Source: Neodothiora populina
Lineage: Eukaryota
DNA length: 64,000 nucleotides
Reading direction: 5' to 3'
NCBI RefSeq assembly: GCF_041146345.1
Contig: NW_027191411.1
Span: 248,001-312,000, forward strand
Shown: positions 36,343 through 49,783 of the stretch, in pieces
How positions within the stretch are numbered: the first letter of the stretch is position 1
Layout: the number at the start of each line of letters is the position of its first letter
The notes under the pieces: generated by a model
Seen by the model: only the letters and a program-made list of their open reading frames with translations
Told to the model about the DNA's origin: nothing
The model's database searches: none
Program-made: the position numbers and the translations under genes

Positions 36343-37999
36343 TGTGGTGGCTTGTTGATATAGATCTCTTGTTGTGTATTCGATGTGATTGCAGCGCTCG
36401 CTACTATAATGAGATCCTTATCAACGGCAACGGAAGTTTTATCAATGTCGTTCTATTCTGGTCAATGAACCAGTCTGCAGATTGGTATGCCTACGATAAG
36501 GTCTAGATATTCGATTGGTCCGGAGCATCACACCACAGCTGAAAGGAGCCTACCTTTTGTGGGAGTCCTTAAATCAGGCAAGCAGCACGCCTCGATCCAT
36601 CCGATGCAAAATTACAATTTCTTGTGTAACATGAAGCAATGTGAAGAAAACGAGCGAGCACCTACTGCTTTGCCTACTCAAATACTGTACCAGACGTAAT
36701 TATCCTCTGAGGCTGGATGTGACACGTTCGGTCCGTGAAACTGTGTCGGCTCTCCATCCATGTGCCGAAAAGGGCAACATGGACGCTACCCGAAATCTCG
36801 AATAGGCTTGAAGTTGCTCACCTGGAGGGCGAGTCGCATTCAAATAAAGCTTCTCAGCACTAGGCCATGTCATCAACTAGCAAGGCGAGCAATGCGTGTT
36901 GTGGACTGAAATATTGGCCTTCAAGTAAGACAGATGCATCTCGGCGTCGCTGTGTAAGCACTTGCTGTATCGGCGAATGCAGCCAACATTGTATTATTGT
37001 ACATTTCTTGCCTGACAGTAGCGTCAACAACGAGGTACATAACAATCAACCTCCGCGCCGTTGCCGTTCTCGCTGGTGAAAGATAACGCGGCAAGCATGC
37101 GAGAAGTGGTTTTGTTGTCATGAGGCACGGTATGCGTGACGCTTGAGCTCCTCGAACATCCGGGCAGCGCAAATGATGATGAGGCAGCACAGCAGGTCAG
37201 AGGGAGCCATTTCAACACGGTCGTCGGTGAGTCGGGGTGATGGAGGAACCGTCTTCGGATGGGGCATTTTTGCGAATACCGAAGGGACACATTCCTTCAT
37301 CCATTGACGCGTTGTTTATTATTCATCCACGAACCTAACGACACTTTGTCACAAAATAATCTAAGGGATTAACAGCCATTACTCCACAGTTAATACAACT
37401 CTCGGTCCTCGACCCGAGATAGCTGCTGCAATTTGTCGTCATACTGAGGGGGTGATCCGCCTCTGTTATCTTATTCTTCGCTCCGTGGTGGCCGCAATCT
37501 TGCCTTTTGAAACAAGACATTTACCGATTTCTTAAGAGTCGAACTCAAAGAATTATGGAGCGAGCGTCGGCGATGATACCTTTCGTCAACGACAAGACAC
37601 AAGACACAAGACCACACCTGGCAATTTGTGTCATCGACGGCGACCGCTTGTCAATTACCAACCATGGATGAGTCCTGTGGCGCCCAAGGTCGGCTATCGT
37701 ATCTTAGACTGTAACTCCAGAAAATTGCTCCACACGACCACGGATACAGTAGTCTGTCACCCACAACCAATAAATCATGGAGTATTCCCGGACTATCCAC
37801 ACCAGACAGATTAGGTACGTCTCTAGTTCCTCGTTCGGCAATTAGGTAGGTATGTTTGGCGAGTTAATGTCAATTGAATCCTCTATAGTCATATTGACAG
37901 ATTATTTCTCTCCTTTTCTATCTCACTCTCCTTACCTCTTCCACGTTTCTCACAAACATTTGAGCCAGTTTTCTTGCTTTCTTGATATCAGTATCTACC

Positions 38000-39375
38000 A
38001 TGAGTCCACCGGCATCCGAAAAGCCTTTCTCGATAGCAATCGTGGGTGGTGGCATTGGTGGTCTGTCGACTGCAATCGCTCTCCGCCACCGAAACATATC
38101 AATCACAATCTACGAGTCAGCGCCCGCCTTCGCAGAGATCGGCGCAGGCGTGGGTCTAGGTCCCAATGCCGCGCAAGCAATGAAGCTGATAGATCCGCGC
38201 ATGTACGCTGGCTTTCGCAAGTGCGGGACCAATAATGCGTGGGAAGACAGACAGAATTTCTGGTTCAGCTTTCGTAGAGGCGACGCAGAAGCTGCAAAGG
38301 GCCTGGCAGAGGATGACGCCGAGATTAAGAGCGCAGGGAAGACAGGAACGAGGTTCTGCGATCTCTGGTGTGAGACGGGCCAGACCAGTGTACACCGTGC
38401 GAGGTTTCTGGACGAGTTGATTGCCCTAGTGCCGAAGGAAGTGGCTAGATTCGGGAAGAGGTACTTCATATATATTTGCGTCGCAGGCAATGATTGGAGA
38501 AGCTGACAACTTCCTACAGACTGACAGACATCGACGATAACGGAGATCATGTGGTATTGCACTTTGCAGATGGAACGTCAGCCAAGCACTCTGCCGTGAT
38601 CGGCTGTGACGGCATCAAGTCAAGAACCAGACAGATAGTCCTCGGAAAAGACCATCCTGCGGCGTATCCCCAATTCACCGGCAAGTACGCATACCGAGGT
38701 CTGATACCAATGGACAAGGCAGCAAAGCTCTTGGGAGATGAGCTAGCCCGCAACAGCCAGATGTACCTAGGCAAAGGCGGACACATCCTCACTTTCCCTA
38801 TCGAGCACGGTGCAACGATGAACGTCGTAGCGTTCCAGACAAAGAAGGACGGCAAGTGGGATGATCCACTATGGGTCAAGCCTATGGACAAGGACGCAAT
38901 GCACAGAGATTTCGAAGGCTGGGTGTCCGCGACATCTGAGATTGTCAGCTTGATGGAGCACCCAGACATCTGGGCACTCTTCGACCATCCACCCGCGCCC
39001 ACATATTACAAGAGTCGCATTTGTCTGCTGGGCGACTCTGCACACGCCTCTACGCCGCATCAAGGTGCTGGAGCTGGCATGGCTATCGAAGACGCTCTCA
39101 TTCTCAGCTCAGTCTTGGCACTTGTGAACGACGAGAAGGACATCTCGCGGGCGTTCGCGGTCTACGATGCTCTTCAGCGACCAAGAAGTCAGAAGTTGGT
39201 CACCACGAGCAGAGAGGGTGGTCTGCTATATGATCTGCAACTGCCTGGTGTAGAAGAAGACATGCCTAAGATCAGAGAGCTTTTGTCTCATCGTATGAAG
39301 TGGCTGTGGGAGGTGGATTTGCAAGCTAGGGCAGAAGAGGCCAGAAAGAGGTTCACCGGTGCATCGAAGATATAG
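38000..39375 (+). CDS. FAD-dependent monooxygenase, salicylate-hydroxylase-like (class A); C-terminal SKI
   Basis: IAIVGGGIGGL, EIGAG, VHRARFLDEL, GCDGIKS and LLGDSAHASTPHQGAGAGMAIEDA. Intron 38461..38519. Confidence 0.9.
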
Positions 39376-39606
39376 ATAATGGTATAGACTTTTATAGACT
39401 GTGTAGTAATGCGAAGACCATAGAGACACGATAGATCATGAATTATGCCGCAATTGGACGTTCTCGCTCAGCATACACGTCCTTGGGGTTTCTCAGGAGA
39501 TGTTGAGCAAGTCTCGATAACTTCTGCTGTCCAACGAGTAGTAATGTTTCCTGGTACGTATTCTTTCTTGGTCCTAAGAACATGGCAAGACAGTAAAGCA
39601 TGTGTT

Positions 39607-40904
39607 CTATAGCTTAGCATTGCGAGTGACCTTCACCCACGCCTTGATACGTGCTACCAATGTCTCAATTTCTTGCGTGGTATTGCCCGCATGCAAACAC
39701 ACCCGGATCCTCTCGGCACCAATTGGCACGGTGGGTGGAACAATAGGTCGAACGATGAGCCCAGCCTGTTGGCAGAAGGTAGCCAGTCCGCGTGGATCTG
39801 ATGATAAGATGGAAAAGATCGGACTAGGTGGGCAGCTGGCTGGTACACATAGGAGTAGCCCTGGATGTTCTTCCGCTTGTAGCTGAAGCAGAAGATCATG
39901 GAACAACGTGATCAATACAAAAAGCTTGTCCTGCAGCTCTGAGGATCTCCCGTCCATGAGCATCGCATACGATGATTTGATGGCCGCCAGCGCGGGATAG
40001 GACAAAAAGGTTGTATAGATCAGCGGACGTGCATAGTTGACCAGATATTGTCTGATCAGTGGGGCACACAGTATGATTGCTATAGAGCTTAAGCCTTGGA
40101 AGCATCCATGAAGTGTTATGATTACTTACCTCCATTGCAAGCCATTGCCTTCCCAAAAGTATGCAGACGTATGGAGATTTTACTCTCTAAGCCCAACGCG
40201 TTGACAAGACCTCTGCCCTTTGGACCAAGCACGCCAGTTGAGTGGGCCTCGTCGACGATGATGTGACCATTCCCTACAGGAAGTAGTTCGTCCACGACTG
40301 CCACGATCTCCTTCAAGGGTGCAACATCTCCATCCATGCTGTATATGGCCTCGACGGCAATGAACACATTACGAGACCCAGTTGGCAATGCCGAATCTTC
40401 ATCGATGCATTTCTGCACGGCGAGCTTGAAAGCAGATACTGAGTTATGTGAGAAGGCAATGCGATGATTCGTACGTGAAGCTCTCATGCCATCATGGACG
40501 CTGGCATGTATGTACTCGTCGTATATCACCACATCTCCAGGCTGTGGCAAACAAGAGAATATCCCTACATTTGCGTCGAATCCAGAGTTGCAAAGCAAAC
40601 CATCGAGGGCACCATGGAACGCTGCTATGTCGCGCTCAAGTTGCTCCGCATATGTCGAGTTGCCATCAAGTAGACGGGATCCTCCACTACCTGAAGCAGA
40701 TTGCGCAGGTTGTGTATTGAGCTCACCCAAGAAAGCCTTCCTCAAAGCTGGCGACTGCGCGAGTGATAGAAAGTCGTTTGTCGAGAAATCTATAGAGCCT
40801 GGCGGATATGTTGTCAATCTTCGGAGCGTGGACTGTTGTCGCCGGCGTTCCAGTGTCGCGAACAAGACCCGCTCCAAATTCGACCCCCGCGTCTTCTTTT
40901 CCAT
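39607..40904 (-). CDS. bioF: 8-amino-7-oxononanoate (KAPA) synthase with C-terminal PTS1 (AKL)
   Basis: DFSTNDFLSL, GSGGSRLLDGN, NSGFDAN, IHASVHDG, YSMDGD, VDEAHSTG, HTFGKA (PLP Lys). Intron 40080..40129; PPTVP...RIRVCLHAGN; ends NAKL. Confidence 0.93.
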
Positions 40905-41227
40905 CTAAGAGAAATACGATCAATTCGATCACGGTATTGCATGATTGCAAGCAACGATGGAAGACCTACTACATTTTGGGTTTATGAACACATCTGACCT
41001 GAACGGCAAGTAGCGAGGCCCCAACCATTATTCAATGTTCACATCGGCAGCATAAAGGCTTGAGCGTGGACGTTCTTGGCGTGCTACCTCGGCCCGTAAC
41101 CTGCTCAAGTTACTCATCATGGTCGACATTGTCCGAAACTACGGACTTGACCCAAAGCCATTCTCTCAAGTCCAAGTTGTTGCAGACCGTGGTGTAGGAG
41201 AGGCTTGTGAGGTCACTTGCGTCGAAA
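40905..41227. promoter_or_regulatory. Compact divergent promoter region shared by bioF and bioDA
   Basis: 323 bp between the head-to-head ATGs of two genes of the same pathway. Confidence 0.7.
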
Positions 41228-43725
41228 ATGAGACAGGTTGGATCAACGCTATGGCCGAAGCTAAGGGCTGTGCAAGTGTATGGAGCAAACACCGGAGTTG
41301 GGAAGACGGTTGTGAGCACCTTACTATGTAAAGCTTTGAGAAGGCGGCTGCCAGACTTCAATGTACATTATTTAAAACCAATCTCAACAGGTCCTCTGGA
41401 CGAGGCTGACAACCGGTAAGTCAACAACACCGTCAATTGTTTCATAATTCTTTCAATAATTTCTTTCAGTCATCTGTCTCGCTTTTCGGACAACATAACT
41501 TCCAAGACGCTGCTTCAGTTCGATGAGCCCGTAAGCCCACATATCGCGGCGCGTAGCGCGAAGGAGGTAATATTCCTTTTCTACCAAATTCGTATCCTGT
41601 GAGTATGCTAATCTCGTTCATTTAGCCCATAGATGATCGGAGTATCATAGCTCGAGTCTACGATGAGATTCACAGCTATGCAAACGATCAAGATGCAGTG
41701 GCAGTAGTAGAGACGGCTGGAGGTGTCCTCTCGCCAGCACCATCAGGCTCGGTACAGGCGGACTTGTACCGTACGCTTCGCTTGCCTGCTCTGCTGGTGG
41801 GTGACCATCGTCTAGGTGGCATCGGCTCGACTATATCTTCGTGGGAATCTCTTCATCTGCGCGGATACGATGTTGGGAATGTTCTCCTCTTCGGAGAGTC
41901 TTACTACGACAATTACACGTATCTGAAGGACTACTTTGCGGAACGCGGCATTCCCACGCTCTCCCTACCTCCTCCACCTGATCAGGCAGCCACGTTGGAA
42001 GAAGACGAGAAGGCCATGCTACAGTATTACGATGCAACTGCCAATCATCAATCGTTGTCAAGTGTCGTTTCGCAGATAATCGATGCACACGACTCGCGAT
42101 TGAAGCGCTTGACCTCCCTGCCGGAGCGCGCAAACGACAGCATCTGGCACCCTTTCATGCAGCACACCGAGCGCAACAAGCAAAACATCTTAGCTATTGA
42201 CTCTGCGTACGGCGATTTCTTTCAGACTTATTCTGCGGCTTCAACACCCACTTCCAAAGATCAGAATATTCTAAACCCAGCATTTGATGGTTCAGCCTCC
42301 TGGTGGACTCAAGGTCTGGGACACGGCAATCCCGACCTTGCCCTTGTGGCTGCTCATGCCGCAGGCAGATATGGCCACGTCATGTTCGCATCAGCAGCAC
42401 ACGAACCTGCTATATCCTTGGCCGAGAGGCTGCTCTCTGGAGTCGAAAACCCTCGTTTGACTCGATGCTTCTATACTGACAACGGTAGTACAGGCATGGA
42501 GGTAGCGGTCAAGATGGGCCTCAAGGCAGCCAGTAAGCGTTACGGTTGGGACAGCAACACTGGTGATAACGTAGAGATCTTGGGTCTCAAGGGAAGCTAT
42601 CACGGTGACACGATAGGCACTATGGATTGTTCTGACCCTTCAGCCTACAACAAAAAGGTTGAATGGTATCAAGGTCGAGGCCACTGGTTTGACTTCCCTA
42701 CGGTGAAGATGACGCAAGGCAGATGGGTTGTTGAGGCTCCGGGTGCAGAGTTCGAGAACGACTTCGGTGCTAGACGAGAATTCGACAGCCTCGATGACAT
42801 CTTTGCACTCGAATCCAGAACCTCGGATGCTCAGAAGTACGAGAAGTACGTTCGACAGACTTTGGAGGAGTTGACTGCGCAAGGCAGAAAATTCGGCGCT
42901 CTGATCATGGAGCCAGTCATCCTCGGCGCTGGCGGCATGTTGTTCGCTGATCCTCTCTTCCAACACACTCTTGCTCGAGTAGCTCGCGAGATACTTCCGG
43001 ACATCTACGGCTCTAACGCCGGCGCCGGCGACAATCTCGCATGGCAGGGTATACCTCTGCTTCACGACGAGGTCTTCACTGGTCTCTATCGCCTCGGACA
43101 CTTTTCTTCTTCGTCATTGGTACAAATACAGCCCGACATCTCTGTACACGCGAAGCTGTTGACAGGTGGTCTTCTGCCATTGTGCACAACACTGGCGAGT
43201 GAGAGTATCTACGAGGCCTTCTTGAGCCCCGAGAAATCAGATGCTCTGCTTCACGGTCATAGCTATACCGCTCACGCGGTCGGGTGCGAAGTCGCGAACT
43301 ACTCACTGGATACCATGCAGAAGCTCGACCAGGAAGGCGCGTGGTCAGAGTACAAGAAGGACTGGCAGGGCGAAGGCGTGATCGATACTGTTTCGCACGC
43401 CCTAGGCGTGAAGGCGCAAAAGGACAAGCTCTGGAGCATGTGGTCCTCGTCATTTGTGTCGACGTTGTCTTACCACAAGAACGTGGAGAGCGTGTTCGCA
43501 ATCGGCTCTGTGCTTGCCATTTCGCTCAAGGACCCTGCCGGCTCTGGCTACACTTCTACGGCGGGTACTGGTCTGCGCGATGCATTGTTGAGGGGTAAAG
43601 AAGGCGTCGAGGGTGTGATCCATTCACGCGTTCTGGGCAATGTGCTTTACTTGATGGCGAGCATGACTGCGACCAAGGAGACGTTGGCAGAGATTGAGCG
43701 CAAGGTGGCTGATGCGATGAAGTAA
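41228..43725 (+). CDS. bioDA: Bifunctional dethiobiotin synthetase / DAPA aminotransferase
   Basis: DTBS part: YGANTGVGKT, YLKPISTG, PVSPH, VETAGGVLSP. Aminotransferase part: IWHPFMQH, DGSASWWTQ, NGSTGMEVA, SYHGDT, DEVFTG, AKLLTGG, HGHSYT. Introns 41416..41469 and 41567..41625. Confidence 0.94.
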
Positions 43726-45577
43726 TCACTAGCTAGAAACGAAAATGCCCTGTTAGTTACGTACATGTCAATTGATCCGTCGTACACAATGATGCATTTC
43801 CATGCACGCGTCGTGTGGCTTCCGGTGAGTGGAGCTTTCTCAGCGCGTTTCGCCGCCGTGTATATTTTCCCAGTCCGCAGTCTCGAGGGCGACCCTGTGC
43901 ATCTGGCTTTGAGAACATCGAATTCTTCAATATTGATATAAAACTCCATCACGGCTGTATATTGATTCTGAAATAGTACTATGATACTCTATATGGTCTT
44001 TTTGAATATGTATGGAGCTGTTTATTTGTTTCGGTGTGGTTGTAGTGTGGTGGTAGTAAGTTTCAAATATCTGTCATATAGTACACATGCAATATGAACA
44101 TCAGTCTATACATGCTACACCTTTTTGTGTATAATACTACAGCAAACCGTGCCACATACCTACGAGTATTATCAAACATCAACAAGCATATGACTATACT
44201 GCTAGTGATACACGAACACGATATACGAACGAACAACACAGTATGAATAATGATATCGTAGTCATCAAAGGGTTATAGAACAGCAACAGCTTCTCACAGA
44301 GCTACACCTACAGCCAACAGTACTCGAACAAACACACACCACAGACATCACCTGAGCTACAGCTCGCGAGCAACCGACCAACACTGACTCGATCAAGTTT
44401 ACAGGTATTACTTACGAGAACAACAGCATCGCTATCTCGAGGCACAACACACCGTCAAACCCAGAAGCAACATATCGACAGCGAAGCACGACTGCATGCC
44501 CAACTTACCTTACTCGTCACTACAAACGCAAAGCAAGGCGTGCATATGAGAGCCGTGAACACATGCACTTAGACCTGCTAACTTACAGCACTGCACAATC
44601 ACATTCACAAGCCAGAGCAGACAACACGGCATAGCCTAGAAACAGCGAACACTCCACCACGCTGCACTGGTTCAATTCCCGCAAAGCAGACCAAAGCTTC
44701 GACACGTCCAGTAAATGAAGTAGGACCGGTCTGGCATCGCCTCTGTATCTATCGCTTTTTCATCGTCCAGCCCCGTGGGTTTCCATCTCTACGAAGAAAC
44801 CGAGATAGAGAGACGGTCGCGCGCCCGCACGCGTCTCGAGCAGGTTGACTTGGCGACGCCGGGCGAGGCGGAATCAATGCGCGCGTTTGCTTGAACACGC
44901 GAGTCGAGTCGGCGGGGCGCTCGTTTCTCTCGTTCGAGTGCGAAGCTGCACCCCCCCCTTCTCTGCTTTGCATTCTGGCGTCGTTGCTGTTTTCGGACTG
45001 GCGCGTCTGTTTCGTGATTTGGTGGTATCGTGTCAGTCGAGAAATTCGCGCGCGTGTTAGTTCGTTCGGTTGGTAGTTTCGTGTTTCTGGTGACATCAGA
45101 TATCGAGAGTCGTAGTAAAAGTGATTCATTCTGTGTGGTCAATATGTTCAGAACGTGTAGATGAGATAGAAGAAAAAAGGAGGAAAAAGTGCTGGAGATA
45201 AATATCATTCATTGACGATACTCATATTCCAAAAAGTCATTGGAAAATGTGTTTGATGCTGGCCCCTAATGTACAACTGATTTTTCTTTCCAGTCGCCCA
45301 TCTTCTCTCGTCGTCATAATAAAAAGTTCGCCCTTTGGCCAGTCAACAGCATATAAAAAAAAAGCTCGAATAAACAGAAACAATTCCCAACCCATGACCG
45401 CATTATTGATTGAAAACCCCGCTTGAACACCTGCCCATTGTTGTTCCCACCCTGGATGTTCGCCGCCGCGAAATCGCACAGCCCAACTGTATAGGCTGAG
45501 AGGAAAAAAAGGTGGAAAGTGGTATCAGAGAAAGAAAAGCCGTGACCACATTCTTGCCAAACAAGAGCGCGATCACT

Positions 45578-46183
<606 letters not shown>

Positions 46184-46685
46184 TTCGAAAGATTTGGGTT
46201 GGGATATGAGAATCGGAGATTCGAGTTTGGATGAGGTTGGAGAGTTGAGTTGGGTTGACTAGACGAAAGGTTGAAATGTGTTGACGATAGCTATTGAGGA
46301 TGAATGAAGGAAGGAGAAGCTGGACGTCGCCGATGGGGATGGCGAGACCTCTTATACTGGCGCGTTGCCGCCAGAATGATCCCGCTGTTCGCTTGATTCG
46401 TGACGCGCGAATTCGCCGCTAAGCCGTTTTCGGCGTCCCAGCACAACAGCAAGATCAACCGCGTTTGCTTAAGCGAGGGAGCTGTGATCCGGCGGGACAG
46501 ACGTCAACGCGCTCCGACTACTTAACCTCCGCGACGCCCCCGACCATCGACGACGACACTTCTTCTTTCATCTTTCAATCACTCCCAGCGCCCACATTCT
46601 TCACCCGCAGCCTCTCGCAACGTAGCTTTCAGCTTCAGATCACTTTCTTCTCCAAAACAACCCCAACTCACTCAACTCTATCAAA
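46184..46685. promoter_or_regulatory. Divergent H2B/H2A promoter with several CGCG (MCB-like) elements
   Basis: About 500 bp between head-to-head histone genes; contains GGCGCGTT, GACGCGCGAA, CCGCGTTT and AACGCGCT. Confidence 0.7.
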
Positions 46686-47394
<709 letters not shown>

Positions 47395-48111
47395 TAATGG
47401 GGGTTCATTGGGACAACAACATGGGAATGCCTTTTTCACTTTTTTTCACTTTTTACTATTGCGACATTCTGTTTATTCGACCTTTTTTTTTCCTTTCTTT
47501 CCATGGGGGTTGCAATCACACTACAGTACGTCTCTTTCCGACCGGCGGGCCTGTCGTTACTCTCCCAAAGGGGATTGAGGATCGAATCGGTGCCAGGAGC
47601 TGGCGAAAGAGGGGTGCAAAGAACGAAAGGCTTGTACACTTTTATACTTTGTTGTCTGTGGCATGCGGAGGATCGGGGTTGGGCCACGGACAGGGGGAGA
47701 AGAGAGAAAAAGAACAGCCTGCTGAAATGACTACTGCTTTTGATACCTCGAATGCAAGCAACTCTTCCAAACCGATGATCTTTTCCTTTTTCTTTTCTGC
47801 TACAGCTCTCTCCAGTCGTTGCTCCCTCTCGGGCGACTGCTCGCATCGAATTCACTCACAGCACGAACAAAATACGCGGATAACTTATCCCCCCAAAAGA
47901 AGAACGAACCGGCACGATACATAACCAGGTACAGTACCACGTAACCTGTGTAAGAAGCGCCAGATGTACTACAGCCAATCAGCGAGCGCTCGATGGATCA
48001 AGCGAGCAAGGGACATTCGACATGGAAAGAAAAGAGAAGATACAGTACACAAATCCGAATATATCCGCAAAGGCTGCTAGCAACGCCAGCTCCGAGAAAA
48101 GACAACAGAAT

Positions 48112-48141
48112 CAGCATCAGCATCAGCATCAGCATCAGCAT
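48112..48141. repeat. (CAGCAT)5 microsatellite
   Basis: Read directly from the sequence. Confidence 0.9.
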
Positions 48142-48295
48142 CAGCCAGCAGGCGGATTCGACACTGCGGATAATATTGCGGTTTGTTCTGTGGGGTATAC
48201 AGGACTGGGTAGATGATGGTGAGAGCATAGATGGGCTAATTAGCTGGTTTTGGTGATGTCGAGAGTCTGGGAATAGGGAATAGGTATAGGGGAAT

Positions 48296-48318
48296 AGAGA
48301 GAGAGAGAGAGAGAGAGA
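48296..48318. repeat. (AG)n microsatellite, about 11 units
   Basis: Read directly from the sequence. Confidence 0.9.
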
Positions 48319-49002
48319 AAGAAGATGCACGTCGAGTAGTACGAGTCATTGCAGTATATGTATATCTGACTACAGTAACACAACGGCAGGTAGACAATTC
48401 GTTCTATCGGCCTCACTCAACCACTTGGTACAGTTTGACTAAGGTGAGTTGATGAGGTTGGGTTTAATGAAGTGCCAGGCGTAGATGGGCATGCGGATCG
48501 ATGGACAGAGAGGTGTGCAGACAGGTAGAAACGTGGATGGATACCTTACACAAGTATGTGGATTCGGCGTGCGGTTGCAGTAGGAATAGGTCGTCTTCTT
48601 TTCTCCTTTGCTTTGCTTTCTTTCTTTCTCACTTGTTACCGCATGCTCTCGACGGTCTTCGAAGGATGTTCGTTCTTGAGAGCAAGGAGAAAGACAACCC
48701 GAAGAAAAGCGCTCACGAGGAGACAGAGACACGAAAGAAGGATCGTGGAGAGAGGGGCTCAATGTGTTGTGACAACGAGAGACCATTGTTCATTAGTCGC
48801 CTTCTTTGCTTGGGTGGTATACACGACGAGTGTCAAAAAGCATACAGACATGTAGATGGACTTTCCCATTTCTTAGTTTGGGTTTCGAGGACCTATGTAT
48901 ATTCAATGCACAAGGGAACTAACAGCCAACAAAACACGATTCCTGCTTTCTCTCCGCCGACTTTCTCCTTCCTTCCTCTTGGCTCGGGCGATCTACCCAG
49001 GC

Positions 49003-49485
49003 TTAGAGGACCATGTGTGGGGGAGCTGCGATAAAGAAAAAACGATCAGTATGCGTCTCTGGCGGGAGAGAGGAGAAGAAACGTACGGTCGAGGATGGGT
49101 GCGGGCAGGTTGCGCTCGTATTTGCTGCCGCCGGGAGCGGTTGGTGGTCTGTAAGGGTCGGGGTGTTTCCACTTGGAGAGGAGCTCTTCGGTCTGTTCGA
49201 TGAGCATCTGCGTCGAAAGTGTCAGCATTTTATGCGCTTCCTAGTGTCCTTTTCTTTTCTTGTCTGTGTACTTTTCGCTGTCTGGGCTCCGAGACGTGTC
49301 GGTTGGCCTCGAAGAGAGAGCGGATGTAGAGGGCCTGGCCGCGCCAGAGGTATCGGTGGACGGCCCAGTCGAGAGAGAGCTTCAACGAGCGGCGGTAGAG
49401 ACGGCTGTAGCGCAGTCAGTCAGTCAATTGCATTGCTAGCGCTGTAGAGAGTGGGCGTGTCTGACAGGACGGTGGTGTTGGGCAT
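49003..49485 (-). CDS. NDUFB9: NADH:ubiquinone oxidoreductase subunit B22 (NDUFB9, LYR family)
   Basis: Spliced product MPNTTVLRLYRRSLKLSLDWAVHRYLWRGQALYIRSLFEAN...KWKHPDPYRPPTAPGGSKYERNLPAPILDPPPHMVL. Introns 49405..49465, 49208..49271 and 49026..49086. Mostly missed by the ORF track. Confidence 0.9.
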
Positions 49486-49717
49486 GATGGCGGTAGTCGT
49501 GGTAGAAGTAATGGGAGCAGTCGGAAGGCAGGTGTGCGGTGCTAGCCGCGACGACGAGCTGACGAAGAGAGGGTGCGCTCTCGGTGGGGTTGCTGTGATG
49601 ATGAGGCGACGCTCGGCCTCTCTGTGGGAATCCAGTAGCCCGGCCTGTGGTACAGAGGGCTGTGTGCTGTATAGAGGTGGTGGGATGGGTGTAGTACAAT
49701 CAGACGCGGTCCAATTG

Positions 49718-49774
49718 GCTGCTGCTGCTGCTGCTGCTGCTGCTTCTGCTTCTGCTTCTGCTTCTGCTTCTGCT
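49718..49774. repeat. Compound (GCT)n/(GCTTCT)n microsatellite
   Basis: Read directly from the sequence. Confidence 0.9.
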
Positions 49775-49783
49775 GGACTTCGT

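Noticed and set aside
44730..44752. Minus-strand GATACAGAG resembling the U6 ACAGAGA box
   Set aside because: The match is only 9 nt and the flanks do not resemble U6.
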